Shown: positions 18,306-29,543 of the stretch, one piece after another | Layout of the letters: each line of letters opens with the position of its first letter | How positions within the stretch are numbered: the first letter of the stretch is position 1 | From: Actinomycetota bacterium | GTDB taxonomy: Bacteria > Actinomycetota > Geothermincolia > Geothermincolales > RBG-13-55-18 | Reading direction: 5' to 3' | NCBI GenBank assembly: GCA_014360645.1 | Contig: JACIXD010000006.1 | Span: forward strand, 79,940 to 143,939 | DNA: 64,000 bases | Position numbers and translations under genes: made by a program | The notes under the pieces: generated by a model | Database searches by the model: none | Told to the model about the DNA's origin: nothing | What the model saw: the letters and a program-made list of their open reading frames with translations, nothing else

Positions 18306-18480
18306 GCCGTTTCCCGACCTCTCTCCTCTCCAACGCCGCCGCGCCCCGCTCTTCTTTTCATCCCCCTCGCCCCTCAGGCGGCCTTGCGCCCTTCATCCCG
18401 CTCGCCTTCCGCTCGCCCGTCGCCTCGCCCCGCATGTTATTTCAGAGCCGCTCTCCTCTCCAACGCCGCCGCGCCCCGCT
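18231..18480. repeat. About 120-bp direct repeat (period 130) duplicating the rsmB 5' end
   Basis: 18231-18350 vs 18361-18480; mismatches cluster just upstream of the ATG. Confidence 0.92.
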
Positions 18481-18755
18481 ATCTTCCTTCCGAGAAGTCT
18501 CCGCGAACCGGCCCCCCATGTCAACGACATCCATCCGTTCCGCCGCGCCTCCCGCGCTTGCTGGGTCCATCCTCGTCCCATGCGTCCCCCGCCCGCTTCG
18601 CTGCCGGGCCGCCGAGCTGCACGGCGCGCACCCCTTCGCCCGACGGACCGGCCATCATCAGGACGGGGGCAAAGCGCGGAACTGATTGTAGCCTTCCCGC
18701 CGCATCATGCTCCCATCCGCAGACCGCTGGAGATCCCGCGCCGGCAGAGACGCTG

Positions 18756-19715
18756 TCATGCAGGCTCCTTTCCCAGGCGCTCCCCCTCCGCCGGCCGGTA
18801 ACCCCGCAGGAACTCCTCCGCCGACATCGCCCTCTTTCCCTCCGGCTGCAGCTCGAGGATGCGCAGCGTTCCCTCTCCCGTGCCCACGAGCAGTCCTCCG
18901 CCGCCGGACGAGAGCATCCCCGGCTCCAGCTCCGGCCGCGTGCGCTCCGGCACGGCGCGCAGAATCTTGATTCTCCGGCCGCGCAGGTAGGTATAGGCAC
19001 CGGGACGGGGCGCGAGCGCCCTCACGCGGTTGAAGACCTCCCTCGCCGGCCTGGTCCAGTCCAGGAGCAGCTCCCCGGGTTGGATGGGGGGCGCGTAACT
19101 GGCTCCCTCCTCACCCTGCGGGCGCGCCTCCAGGTAACCGTCCACCCAGAGGGGAAGGCAGTTCTCCACCAGCGTGGCGCCTAAGGCGGCGAGGCGCAGT
19201 CGCAGAGACCGTTCGTCGTCATCCTCTTCCACCGCGGTGTCCCGGGCGGCGATGATGGGGCCGGTGTCCATGCCCTCGTCCATGAGCATGAGGGAGACGC
19301 CGCTCCTTTCATCCCCTTCCATTAGCGCCCTGCGGATGGGCGCGGCGCCCCGGTGGCGCGGGAGCAGGGAGGGATGCACGTTCACGCATCCCCTGGGAGG
19401 ATATTCCAGGATCTCCCGGGGGAGGATGATGCGATAATCGGACACCAGCACCACCTCGGGATGCTCGCGGCTCAAGGCTTCCCGGAAGCCGGGTTCGCCG
19501 GGATGAGAGGTTTCCGTGAGCGCCAGCTCAGCCTCCAGAGCCGCCGCCTTGCAGGGGGTGGGGCGCGGTTTGCGCCCCCTGCCCGCTGGCCGGTCGGGGA
19601 GGGTCAGCACCCGCCGGGGACGGAACCCGGCCTCCGCCAGTTCACGCAGGAGGGCGGCCGCGAAATCTCCGCTGCCGACGAACAGGTATCTCGGTTCCGC
19701 ACCCCGCAAGCGCAT
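18756..19715 (-). CDS. fmt: Methionyl-tRNA formyltransferase
   Basis: PDRPAGRG, NVHPSLLPRHRGAAPI, MDTGP; ATG overlaps the def stop. Confidence 0.95.
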   Translation of the reverse strand: MRLRGAEPRYLFVGSGDFAAALLRELAEAGFRPRRVLTLPDRPAGRGRKPRPTPCKAAALEAELALTETSHPGEPGFREALSREHPEVVLVSDYRIILPREILEYPPRGCVNVHPSLLPRHRGAAPIRRALMEGDERSGVSLMLMDEGMDTGPIIAARDTAVEEDDDERSLRLRLAALGATLVENCLPLWVDGYLEARPQGEEGASYAPPIQPGELLLDWTRPAREVFNRVRALAPRPGAYTYLRGRRIKILRAVPERTRPELEPGMLSSGGGGLLVGTGEGTLRILELQPEGKRAMSAEEFLRGYRPAEGERLGKEPA

Positions 19716-20239
19716 CAGCGGGCCCCACTCCCGCGCTGACCGCCGACGCCTGGCTCCCACCCCTCCTCAAGCATGCGCAGTGCTTCCACGCGGCTCACGC
19801 GGTCGGTGCGTTCCAGGATGAGCTTTCCGTCCAGGTGGTCCATCTCGTGCTGGAAGACCCTTGCCAGCCAACCTTCGGCGTGAACGCGCCTCAGCTCGCC
19901 CGTGAGGTCCAGGTATTCCAGTTCCACGGAAAGGTGCCGGCTCACGGGGAGGACGGGCCCCGGCAGGCTCAGGCAGCCCTCCACCTCCTCTACCTCTTCC
20001 TCCGACGCGAAGACGATGCGCGGGTTTATGCACGCCTCGAGCTCTCCCTCGTTCTCGTATACGAAGACCCGTTTGACCACGCCGATCTGGTTCGCGGCCA
20101 GCCCCGCACCGCCCGGCCTGGGAATGGAATCCATGAGGTCGCGCACCAACCTCTCCACGTCGGAGTCTATGCGCTCGACCTCCGCGCACCTCTCCTTGAG
20201 CACCGGGTCTCCGAAAGTCCTTATGGGCAGGACCGCCAT
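19715..20239 (-). CDS. def: Peptide deformylase
   Basis: GAGLAANQIG, EGCLS, QHEMDHLDG. Confidence 0.96.
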   Translation of the reverse strand: MAVLPIRTFGDPVLKERCAEVERIDSDVERLVRDLMDSIPRPGGAGLAANQIGVVKRVFVYENEGELEACINPRIVFASEEEVEEVEGCLSLPGPVLPVSRHLSVELEYLDLTGELRRVHAEGWLARVFQHEMDHLDGKLILERTDRVSRVEALRMLEEGWEPGVGGQRGSGAR

Positions 20240-20300
20240 CTTCCCGCTCCTCCGCTGGTCATGGTCCGGAATGACTTCCGGCCGCCTTTTCCGGGCTCTC

Positions 20301-21497
20301 CTAGATACCGGCCTCCTTGCGCAACAGCTCCGCCTTGTCGGTATGCTCCCAGGCGAAGTCCTTGTCCTGGCGCCCGAAATGCCCGTAGGCCGCCGTCTTC
20401 CTGTAGATGGGCCGCCGCAGCTTCAGGTCCCTGATGATGGCCGCGGGACGGAGGTCGAAGTACTCCCGGATGAGGGCTTCGATGACCTCGAGGGGGACCT
20501 TCTCCGTACCGAAGGCTTCCACCATCACCGATACTGGATGCGCCACGCCGATGGCGTAGGCCAGCTGAACCTCGAAACGGTCGGCGAGGCCTGCGGCCAC
20601 CACGTTCTTGGCCACGTAACGGGCCGCGTAGGCCGCGGAACGGTCCACCTTGGTGGGGTCCTTGCCCGAGAAGCAACCCCCTCCGTGGCGCGCCATGCCG
20701 CCGTAGGTGTCCACGATTATCTTGCGTCCCGTGAGTCCCGTGTCCCCCATGGGGCCCCCGGTGACGAACTTCCCGGTGGGGTTCACCAGCACCCGGAGGC
20801 TGCGGTCGTACATATCCGGAGGGAGCACGGGATGGATGACGTGCTCGATGAGGTCCGGTTTCATCAGCTCCTCGATGTCCACGTTGGGACGGTGCTGCGC
20901 GGAGATGAGCACCGTGTCCACGCGCACCGGGCGGTCGCCCTCGTATTCCACCGTCACCTGGCTCTTGCCGTCGGGCCTGAGATAAGGGAGGACGCCCGCC
21001 TTGCGCACCTCTGAGAGGCGGTGGCACAGCTTGTGGGCAAGGAGTATGGGCATGGGCATGAGCTCCGGGGTCTCGTTGCAGGCGTAGCCGAACATCATGC
21101 CCTGGTCGCCGGCGCCCAGGGAGTCCAGCATCTCGTCCTCGGCCTCGCCGGTCCTCTCCTCCAGGGCGTGGTCTACGCCCTGCGCGATATCCGAGGACTG
21201 GGGGTCGATGGAGACCACCACCCCGCAGGTCTCGTGGTCGAAGCCGTACTTGGCCCGCGTGTAGCCGATCTCCTCGATGGTGCGGCGCACCGTCCCCGGG
21301 ATGTCCACGTAGGTAGAGGTGGTCATCTCCCCCGCCACCACCACCAGCCCCGTGGTGACCAGGGTCTCCACCGCCACACGTCCGAAGGGGTCGTCCTTGT
21401 AGACCTCGTCGAGTATGGCGTCCGAGATCTGGTCGGCTATCTTGTCCGGGTGTCCCTCGGTGACCGACTCCGAAGTGAACAGGTGGCGCTGGGACAC
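20301..21497 (-). CDS. metK: S-adenosylmethionine synthase
   Basis: [40 protein letters not shown]; GTG start after AAGGAGG. Confidence 0.98.
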   Translation of the reverse strand: MSQRHLFTSESVTEGHPDKIADQISDAILDEVYKDDPFGRVAVETLVTTGLVVVAGEMTTSTYVDIPGTVRRTIEEIGYTRAKYGFDHETCGVVVSIDPQSSDIAQGVDHALEERTGEAEDEMLDSLGAGDQGMMFGYACNETPELMPMPILLAHKLCHRLSEVRKAGVLPYLRPDGKSQVTVEYEGDRPVRVDTVLISAQHRPNVDIEELMKPDLIEHVIHPVLPPDMYDRSLRVLVNPTGKFVTGGPMGDTGLTGRKIIVDTYGGMARHGGGCFSGKDPTKVDRSAAYAARYVAKNVVAAGLADRFEVQLAYAIGVAHPVSVMVEAFGTEKVPLEVIEALIREYFDLRPAAIIRDLKLRRPIYRKTAAYGHFGRQDKDFAWEHTDKAELLRKEAGI

Positions 21498-21643
21498 TTC
21501 CCCTCCTTTCCTCCTGCAACGCCGCTGCCGCGGCGCGGCGACAAACGCTTTAACCGCATTATTATACACGTTCAGGACTTCGCGGTAGGCGGTTCGCCCG
21601 CGCTTCCTCGCGAAGCAGAGGATTCGCGACGGGGACACCCCCG

Positions 21644-21880
21644 CTACTTGTAGATGAAGATGAGCACCAGGGTGGAGACCACGAAGACCACGGCGCTGGC
21701 GATGGTGATGCGGTCGAGGTTCTTCTGCACGATCTGGGTTCCCGCCGCGCCTCCCACGGATGCGCCTCCGAAGAGGCTGGACATGCCTCCGCCGCGTCCG
21801 GAATGCAGCAGCACGAAGACGGTCATGGAGACGCTGGAAAGGAAGAAGAAGACCAGCATGATGTACTTCAATACGTCCAC
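21644..21880 (-). CDS. secG: Preprotein translocase subunit SecG
   Basis: Two TM helices, [23 protein letters not shown]; follows tpiA. Confidence 0.93.
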   Translation of the reverse strand: MDVLKYIMLVFFFLSSVSMTVFVLLHSGRGGGMSSLFGGASVGGAAGTQIVQKNLDRITIASAVVFVVSTLVLIFIYK

Positions 21881-21909
21881 GGCTCAATACCTCCTCGATA
21901 CGAGGGTTC

Positions 21910-21918
21910 ATTATAACA
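21910..21918 (-). promoter_or_regulatory. Extended -10 promoter for secG
   Basis: TG-T-TATAAT upstream of the secG SD. Confidence 0.6.
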
Positions 21919-21978
21919 TAAGGACGTGCCCGCGGGCCCGCCCGCCGCAGGTACGGCCTTTCTCCCCGCGGCCAGCGC

Positions 21979-22746
21979 TCATGTGGCGGCGCGCACGATG
22001 GCCAGGAAATCCCCCGCCTTCAGGCTGGCCCCTCCCACCAGGGCGCCGTCGATGTCCGGCATGGCCATGAGCTCCCCGGCGTTGTCCGGCTTCACGCTCC
22101 CCCCGTAGAGCACGCGCGCTGACTGCGCGTTGGCGTCTCCGAAGCGCGCGGCCAGACGCTCCCGGATGAAGGAGTTCATCTCCTGGGCGTCTGCGGGAGT
22201 GGCCGTCCTGCCGGTGCCGATGGCCCAGATGGGCTCGTAGGCGATCACCAGGCCGGCCGCTTCCCCGACGCCGACCTCCGCCAGGTCCGCCTCGAGCTGG
22301 GACTGCACTTTCCTGAAGGCGTCGCCCGCCTCGCGCTCCTCCAGGGTCTCTCCCACGCAGAGGATGGGGGTCATGCCCTCGTCCAGCACCGCGCGCACCT
22401 TGGCGGACACCAGCTGGTCGTCCTCCCCCAAGATCTCGCGGCGCTCGGAATGTCCGACGATGACGTAGATCACCCCAAGGACCTTGAGCATGGGGGGCGA
22501 TATCTCTCCCGTGAACGCGCCCTCGCGGCGCGGATAGACGTTCTGGGCTCCCAGCGCCACCCGCGACCCCGTCTCGGATAGCAGGCGCGAGACGTCGGCG
22601 AGGGCGGTGAAGGGAGGGCAGACGGCCACCTCCGCGGCCTCCGTGCTCTCCATCCCGGCGGTAAGCTCGCGCACCAGCTCCACCGCCTCCTGGTTGGTCT
22701 TGTACATCTTCCAGTTGCCGGCGATAAGCGGCGTCCTCATCTCCAT
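21979..22746 (-). CDS. tpiA: Triosephosphate isomerase
   Basis: [28 protein letters not shown]. Confidence 0.98.
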   Translation of the reverse strand: MEMRTPLIAGNWKMYKTNQEAVELVRELTAGMESTEAAEVAVCPPFTALADVSRLLSETGSRVALGAQNVYPRREGAFTGEISPPMLKVLGVIYVIVGHSERREILGEDDQLVSAKVRAVLDEGMTPILCVGETLEEREAGDAFRKVQSQLEADLAEVGVGEAAGLVIAYEPIWAIGTGRTATPADAQEMNSFIRERLAARFGDANAQSARVLYGGSVKPDNAGELMAMPDIDGALVGGASLKAGDFLAIVRAAT

Positions 22747-23936
22747 CACCCCTGCTCCTTCTCCAGCACCGCCACTCCCGGCAGCACCCTTCCTTCCAGC
22801 ATCTCCATGGAGGCCCCGCCGCCGGTGGAGATGTGGGTGAAGGCCTCGCGGAGCCCGTATTTCTCGATGGCCGCTATGGTGTCGCCGCCGCCGGCGACCT
22901 TCACCGCAGAGGAGGAGGCGATGGCCTCGGCGACCGCGCGCGTCCCTTCCTGGAAGCGCTCCCATTCGAACACCCCCATGGGGCCGTTCCAGAAGATGGT
23001 CGCCGCGCCCTCCAGGTGACGCTTGAAATCCTTAACCGTGTCCGGACCGATATCCAGGCCCATCCAGCCCGCGGGTATCTCACCTGCGCTCACCACCCTG
23101 CTGGGAGCGTCGGCCTCGAAGCGCTCCGCCACCACCAGGTCGGCCGGCAGCACCACCGCGGCGCTTCCCTCCTCCACAGGGTCAAGCACCCCCTTGACCT
23201 CATCCAGCAGCTCATCCTCGCACAGGGAGGCGCCGATCTCCACCCCCTGCGCCTTGAGCATGGTGAAGCACATCCCTCCTCCGATGAGCATGGTGTCTAC
23301 CAGTCTCTGGAAGTTGCCCAGGAGCTTGAGCTTGTCCGACACCTTGCTCCCGCCGAGCACCGCCACGAAGGGTCGCGCGGGGTCGCGCAGCAGGCCCTGG
23401 AGCACGGAAACCTCCTTCTCCATGAGCAGGCCCGCCGCGGAGGGCAGGAGCTCCGCCACCCCCACCACCGAGGCGTGGGCGCGGTGTGCGGCTCCGAAGG
23501 CGTCGTCCACGTAGAGGTCCCCCAGCCGCGCCAGGGCAGCCGCGAAGGCGGGGTCGTTCTTCTCCTCCCCCTCCTCGAAGCGCAGGTTCTCCAACATGAG
23601 CACCTCGCCGGGGGAGAGGGCGGCGGCTGCCCGTTCGGCCTCCTCCCCCACCACCAGGTCGATCTTGCGCACCGCCACGCCGAGGAGCTCGCCCAGCCTT
23701 GCGGCCACGCCGTCCAGGCGCAGCTCCTCCACCACCTTTCCCTTGGGGCGTCCCAGGTGGGACATGACCACCAAGGCCGCCCCGCGCTCCCGCAGCAGCT
23801 CGAGGGTGGGTAACGCGGCCCTGATGCGCGTGTCGTCCTTCACCCCGCCCGACTCGTCGAGGGGGACGTTGAAGTCCACCCTCACCAGCACTCTTTTCCC
23901 CGCGACCTCCAGGTCGCGCACGCTTCTCACCGCCAT
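22746..23936 (-). CDS. pgk: Phosphoglycerate kinase
   Basis: RVDFNVP, SHLGRP, LENLRF, WNGPMGVFE, STGGGA. Confidence 0.98.
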   Translation of the reverse strand: MAVRSVRDLEVAGKRVLVRVDFNVPLDESGGVKDDTRIRAALPTLELLRERGAALVVMSHLGRPKGKVVEELRLDGVAARLGELLGVAVRKIDLVVGEEAERAAAALSPGEVLMLENLRFEEGEEKNDPAFAAALARLGDLYVDDAFGAAHRAHASVVGVAELLPSAAGLLMEKEVSVLQGLLRDPARPFVAVLGGSKVSDKLKLLGNFQRLVDTMLIGGGMCFTMLKAQGVEIGASLCEDELLDEVKGVLDPVEEGSAAVVLPADLVVAERFEADAPSRVVSAGEIPAGWMGLDIGPDTVKDFKRHLEGAATIFWNGPMGVFEWERFQEGTRAVAEAIASSSAVKVAGGGDTIAAIEKYGLREAFTHISTGGGASMEMLEGRVLPGVAVLEKEQG

Positions 23937-23947
23937 GGCGGCCCACC

Positions 23948-25126
<1,179 letters not shown>

Positions 25127-25167
25127 TTAACGGGTGCGCTCGCCGGCACTGCAGGAACGGACAAGCC

Positions 25168-26097
25168 TCACAGGCTTGAGGCGATGCGGCGGATGCGCAG
25201 CAGGCGGTGGTGGACGGCTGACTTGCTCAGGGGAGGCTGCATGCAGGCCCCCAGCTCCTGCATGCTCGCCTCGGGGTGCCGCAGGCGCGTCAATGCCACC
25301 TCTCTCAGGGCGGGCGAGAGGCTCTCCAGGCCCATGGCCTCCTCGATGCGCCTGATGTCCCGCAGCTGCCTCTGGGCCGCGTCCACGGCGCGCTCGAGAT
25401 TGGCGGTCTCGCTGTTCACGCGGCGGTTGACCCCCGCGCGCATCTCCCGCATCACCGCGTCGCTCTGCAGCCTCAACACCGCGGCGTGGGCCCCCATGAG
25501 GGCGAGGAGGTCGGCCTGCTCCCGCCGGCCCTTGCTGTACACGCAGTAGAGGTCGCGCCTGCGGTTCACGCTCATCTCCAGACCGAAACGTCCCGCCAGG
25601 CTCGCCAGCCCCTCGGCCATCTCGAGGTGGCGCACGTTTATCTCCAGATGGGCGGGGCTCTCCGGCCGGCTCACGTAGCCGCCTCCCAGGAAGGCCCCTC
25701 GAAGGTAGGCGGCGGCGCAGCAGGTCCTCCTGGTGAGGCGGGCCGGCACCCCCATCACCGGGCGCATGGCGTCGTCCAGGAGATGGAGTTCGTTGAGCAC
25801 CTGTGCCAGGCGGGGATCTTCTGCCAGGAAAAGGCAGTAGCAGTTGTGTCCCCTGAGGCGCGGCGCCTTCTCCACCCGCAGCTCCGGTGCGAGGTCGAAG
25901 AGCTCCCTGAGGAGAGAGAACATCTTCCTGGCCACGGCGGCGTTCTCGCTCTCGGTGTGCAGAGCCACCCGGTGAGGCCCCAGGATGTGCAGCGAACCCT
26001 CCAGGCGCAGGAGGGCGGAGAGCTCGGCCAGGCTGCAGCAGCGGCGCGGCGGCCCGAGCCGCGCCAGCTCGTCTTTCACTTCCGAGGTGAAGGCCAT
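25168..26097 (-). CDS. whiA: DNA-binding protein WhiA
   Basis: MAFTSEVKDEL, YLRGAFLGGG, NRRVNSETANL, SKSAVHHRL. Confidence 0.95.
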   Translation of the reverse strand: MAFTSEVKDELARLGPPRRCCSLAELSALLRLEGSLHILGPHRVALHTESENAAVARKMFSLLRELFDLAPELRVEKAPRLRGHNCYCLFLAEDPRLAQVLNELHLLDDAMRPVMGVPARLTRRTCCAAAYLRGAFLGGGYVSRPESPAHLEINVRHLEMAEGLASLAGRFGLEMSVNRRRDLYCVYSKGRREQADLLALMGAHAAVLRLQSDAVMREMRAGVNRRVNSETANLERAVDAAQRQLRDIRRIEEAMGLESLSPALREVALTRLRHPEASMQELGACMQPPLSKSAVHHRLLRIRRIASSL

Positions 26098-26105
26098 CTC
26101 CCCTC

Positions 26106-26963
26106 TCAGCCCCGCTGCACGTCGCGGTGTCGCGCGTTCACGCGCCAGTCGCTTCCCTGAAGGCGCCTCGCCATCTCTTCCACCAGCACCACCGAGCGGT
26201 GCTTCCCGCCCGTGCACCCGAAGGCAACGGTTATGTACCTCCTGCCCTCGCGCAGAAAGCGGTCCTTGAGGAAGAGGAGCAGGGATCCCACACGGTCCAG
26301 GAATTCCAGGCTCTCCTCCTGGTCCAGCACATAACGCCGCACGCGCTCGTCGCTCCCGTCCAGGTCGCGCAGCTCGTCCACCCAGAAGGGGTTGGGGAGG
26401 AAGCGCAGGTCGAAGACCATATCGGCGTCAAGGGGCAGGCCGAATTTGTAACCGAAGGACACCAGGGTCATCTCCGGCAGGGTGATGCCCTCCTCGCCGC
26501 TGTAAAGTTCCACCAGTTGTTCTCGCAACTGATGCACGTTCGTCCCCGAGGTGTCGATGACGATGTCTGCGCGCCCCCGTAGACCACGGAGGAGCTCGCG
26601 CTCCCTGGCGATGCTCTCCAGGATCCCACCCCCGGCATGGATGGGGTGGGAACGCCTGGTCTCCTTGAAACGCTTGAGCAGGGTCTCGTCATCCGCCTCC
26701 AGGAAGATGATGCGGTAAGGGATACCGCCACGATCCAGTTCGTCCAGGGATTCGTTGAGGTCCTCGAAGAACTCTCCGCCACGAACGTCGATAACCGCCG
26801 CGAGATGGTCGATCCTGGCGCCCTCGCCCGAACACAGCTCCACCATCTTCACCAGCAGGGAGGGGGGGAGGTTGTCGACGCAGAAGTGTCCCAGGTCCTC
26901 CATGCTCTTTATGGCGATGGATTTTCCCGCTCCCGAGAGGCCGGTGACGATGGTTATCTCCAG
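26106..26963 (-). CDS. rapZ: RNase adapter RapZ/YvcJ nucleotide-binding protein
   Basis: TGLSGAGKS P-loop (upstream of the track start, reachable from CTG 26963), VDNLP, SFGYKFG, GCTGGKHRSV. Confidence 0.93.
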   Translation of the reverse strand: MEITIVTGLSGAGKSIAIKSMEDLGHFCVDNLPPSLLVKMVELCSGEGARIDHLAAVIDVRGGEFFEDLNESLDELDRGGIPYRIIFLEADDETLLKRFKETRRSHPIHAGGGILESIARERELLRGLRGRADIVIDTSGTNVHQLREQLVELYSGEEGITLPEMTLVSFGYKFGLPLDADMVFDLRFLPNPFWVDELRDLDGSDERVRRYVLDQEESLEFLDRVGSLLLFLKDRFLREGRRYITVAFGCTGGKHRSVVLVEEMARRLQGSDWRVNARHRDVQRG

Positions 26964-27079
26964 CCTGCACCTCCGCTACTCTGGTCGCCTTTACCTGATT
27001 ATAGCGCTTGCGGCGCGGGCATGAACAGGCATGCCGCTGCCACCCGCCGCGGCTCCACCGTCCGTGGCCATGCGCACGG

Positions 27080-27589
27080 TCATGCGCGGACCAGGTCTCT
27101 GTCCACCTCGATGCCCTCGTGGGCGAGGAGCATGGCCTTGATGTCCTCTCGTCCTCCGAAGCCCCCCAGCCCTCCGTCCGCCCTGATCACGCGGTGACAG
27201 GGGATGAAGATGGGAAAGGGGTTGTCGCGCAGAGCGTTGCCTGCCGCCCTCGCCGCACCCGCATGGCCGGCGCTCACGGCCACCTCGCGGTAGGAGAGCG
27301 TCTCTCCCCGCGGGATGGCGATGACCCGACGGTAGACCGCCTCCTGAAAAGGGGTGGGATGGAAGAGTCCCAGCAGGCGGAGGGAGAGGGCACGGTCGAT
27401 CGCCCCTCCCGCGAAGTAGACCGCCAGGGCGTCCTCCATCTCCGACACCAGCCGCGGGGGCCTCAACAGGCAGGGGACGGGCGGCCTGCCCACTTCCCCC
27501 AGGGTAAGGCGAGCCGGCTTGTCCCCCAGCAGGTAGATGCGCAGAACTCCCACCGGCGTCGCCATCTCGCGTACCGCGGGATGGATCAT
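27080..27589 (-). CDS. ogt: Methylated-DNA-protein-cysteine methyltransferase
   Basis: TPFQ, IPRGETLSY, ARAAG, PCHRV active site. Confidence 0.92.
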   Translation of the reverse strand: MIHPAVREMATPVGVLRIYLLGDKPARLTLGEVGRPPVPCLLRPPRLVSEMEDALAVYFAGGAIDRALSLRLLGLFHPTPFQEAVYRRVIAIPRGETLSYREVAVSAGHAGAARAAGNALRDNPFPIFIPCHRVIRADGGLGGFGGREDIKAMLLAHEGIEVDRDLVRA

Positions 27590-29535
27590 CCTTCCACCTC
27601 CCCTTCGCCGGCCTCCGCGCCCCTGCCACCGGCCGTGGACTCCTTCCTTTCCTCCCCGCTCTCCTCGGGATGGAAGGCACGGTAGAGGCTCTCGGCGCTG
27701 CGCCGGTCCATGAAACTGAGGGCCGCGAGCTCGGGCAGGGTGGCGGCCGCGATGGCCCTCACGCTGCCGTAGTGGCGCAGCAGCGCCTTCTTGCGTTTTG
27801 CCCCGATGCCCGGCACGCCGTCGAGCAGGGAAGCCCTCGTCCTCCTTCCGCGCTCGCGGCGGTGATACTCCAGGGCGTAGCGGTGCGCCTCGTCGCGTAT
27901 GCGCTGCAGGAGGTGCAGGGCCTCGCTGTCCCGGGGCAGCATCACCCGGGAGGGTTCTCCGGGCAGATGTATCTCCTCCAGGCGCTTGGCCAGCGAAGCC
28001 ACGGCGATATCCGTAAAACCGTGTTTATGCAGGGCCTTCAAGGCCGCCGCAAGCTGGCCTTCCCCCCCGTCGACCACCAGGAGGTCCGGCTTCTTATGGA
28101 AGGAATCGAGGCGCGGGCCCCTTCCGCCTTCCCGGGCCCGCCAGGCATGCTCGCCGGCGTCCCTGAGCCTGGAGAGGCGGCGGTCCAGCACCTCCTCCAT
28201 CATGGCCACGTCGTTCTGCCCCATGACCCCGCGGATGCGGAATCGCCGGTAGTCGCCGCGCGCCGGGATACCCGCCTCGAAGACCACCATGGAGCCCACG
28301 GCGTCGTCGGCGCCGAGGTTGGAGATGTCGTAGCACTCGATGCGGTAAGGCACCCGGGGCAGGCAGAGACCACTGTGGATCCCCTCCACGGCGCGCGATA
28401 TCCAGCCCAGGTCGCTCTCCAGCCGGGCCCGCTGCAGTCCGTGCGCGAGGCGGGCGTTCTCCACCACCTTCTCCACCAGACGGCGCTTCTCCCCCCGCTG
28501 CGGGACGCTCAACCGCACCGCCCTTCCCGCTTTCTCCCGCAGCCAGGCCTGCAGCGGCCCCATCTCCTCCTCGGGCGGGGTATGGGACAGCAACACCCGG
28601 GGCGGGACCGCGGTGGCGTCCATGTAATAGCGGGGGAGGAAGGCGGACAGCGCCTCTCCCTCGTCCTGGAGAGCGGGAAGAGTGGAATAATAATCCTGTT
28701 TCCCCAGTATCTTCCCGCCACGTACCGTGAACACCGTGATGCAGGCGTCGAGCTCATCGGCAAATATCCCGAACACGTCCTGATCCTCGCCCCGCAGGCT
28801 GTGCGCCTGCTGCCTCTCCAGGATGCGCTGCAGGGCCAGGATGCGGTCGCGCGTGCGCGCCGCGTTCTCGTATTCCAGGCGCGAGGCCTCGAGGCGCATG
28901 CGCTCCTCCAGCCCCCGCAGGATCTCCTCGTGTCCCCCCTCCATGAACTCGCGCACCCCGGCGATGATGCGCCCGTATTCCTCCCTGGTGACCTCGCCGG
29001 TACATGGCCCGCAACAGCGCCCGATATGGTATTCGAGGCACGGGCTGCCGGTGCTCTTGCCGGGCTCCCTTCCCCGGCAGGAGCGGAAGGGGAACACCTT
29101 GCGCAGGGTCTCGATGGCCTCGCGCACCGCGCCGGCGTGGGGAAAGGGGCCGTAATAGACGTTCTCGGGACGGCGCCTGCCGCGAACGAATATGACGCGG
29201 GGAAAGGCGTCCCCGGCGCAGATGGCCATGTAGGGATAGGATTTGTCGTCCCGGAACAGGATATTGTAGTCGGGGCGATGGCGCTTTATGAGGTTGGCCT
29301 CCAGGATGAGCGCCTCCACCTCGTTGGCGGTGACGATGAAGTCGACGGCCGCCGCCCGGGAGCGCAGCATCTCCAGGCGGGGGTTGTCGGGCTCTCCTCC
29401 CTGAAAATAGGAGGCCACGCGCTTGCGCAGGGACGCCGCCTTGCCCACGTAGATCACCCTGCCGGACGCGTCCTTGAAGAGATAGACCCCGGGTCCGTCC
29501 GGCAGCGAGGCCGCTGCCCCCTTCAGCTCGCTCAC
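27586..29535 (-). CDS. uvrC: Excinuclease ABC subunit C
   Basis: GIY-YIG (PGVYLF..YVGKA), ECYDIS, VDGG, RDEAHRYA, HhH. Confidence 0.96.
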   Translation of the reverse strand: MSELKGAAASLPDGPGVYLFKDASGRVIYVGKAASLRKRVASYFQGGEPDNPRLEMLRSRAAAVDFIVTANEVEALILEANLIKRHRPDYNILFRDDKSYPYMAICAGDAFPRVIFVRGRRRPENVYYGPFPHAGAVREAIETLRKVFPFRSCRGREPGKSTGSPCLEYHIGRCCGPCTGEVTREEYGRIIAGVREFMEGGHEEILRGLEERMRLEASRLEYENAARTRDRILALQRILERQQAHSLRGEDQDVFGIFADELDACITVFTVRGGKILGKQDYYSTLPALQDEGEALSAFLPRYYMDATAVPPRVLLSHTPPEEEMGPLQAWLREKAGRAVRLSVPQRGEKRRLVEKVVENARLAHGLQRARLESDLGWISRAVEGIHSGLCLPRVPYRIECYDISNLGADDAVGSMVVFEAGIPARGDYRRFRIRGVMGQNDVAMMEEVLDRRLSRLRDAGEHAWRAREGGRGPRLDSFHKKPDLLVVDGGEGQLAAALKALHKHGFTDIAVASLAKRLEEIHLPGEPSRVMLPRDSEALHLLQRIRDEAHRYALEYHRRERGRRTRASLLDGVPGIGAKRKKALLRHYGSVRAIAAATLPELAALSFMDRRSAESLYRAFHPEESGEERKESTAGGRGAEAGEGEVEG

Positions 29536-29543
29536 CCCGGACC

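Noticed and set aside
18620-18665. CTGATGA hammerhead-like core upstream of rsmB
   Set aside because: No stem II followed by GAAA, and no supporting helices
21498-21600. SAM riboswitch upstream of metK
   Set aside because: The leader after TATAAT (21561-21566) is only about 55 nt and shows no SAM-I or SAM-IV conserved core
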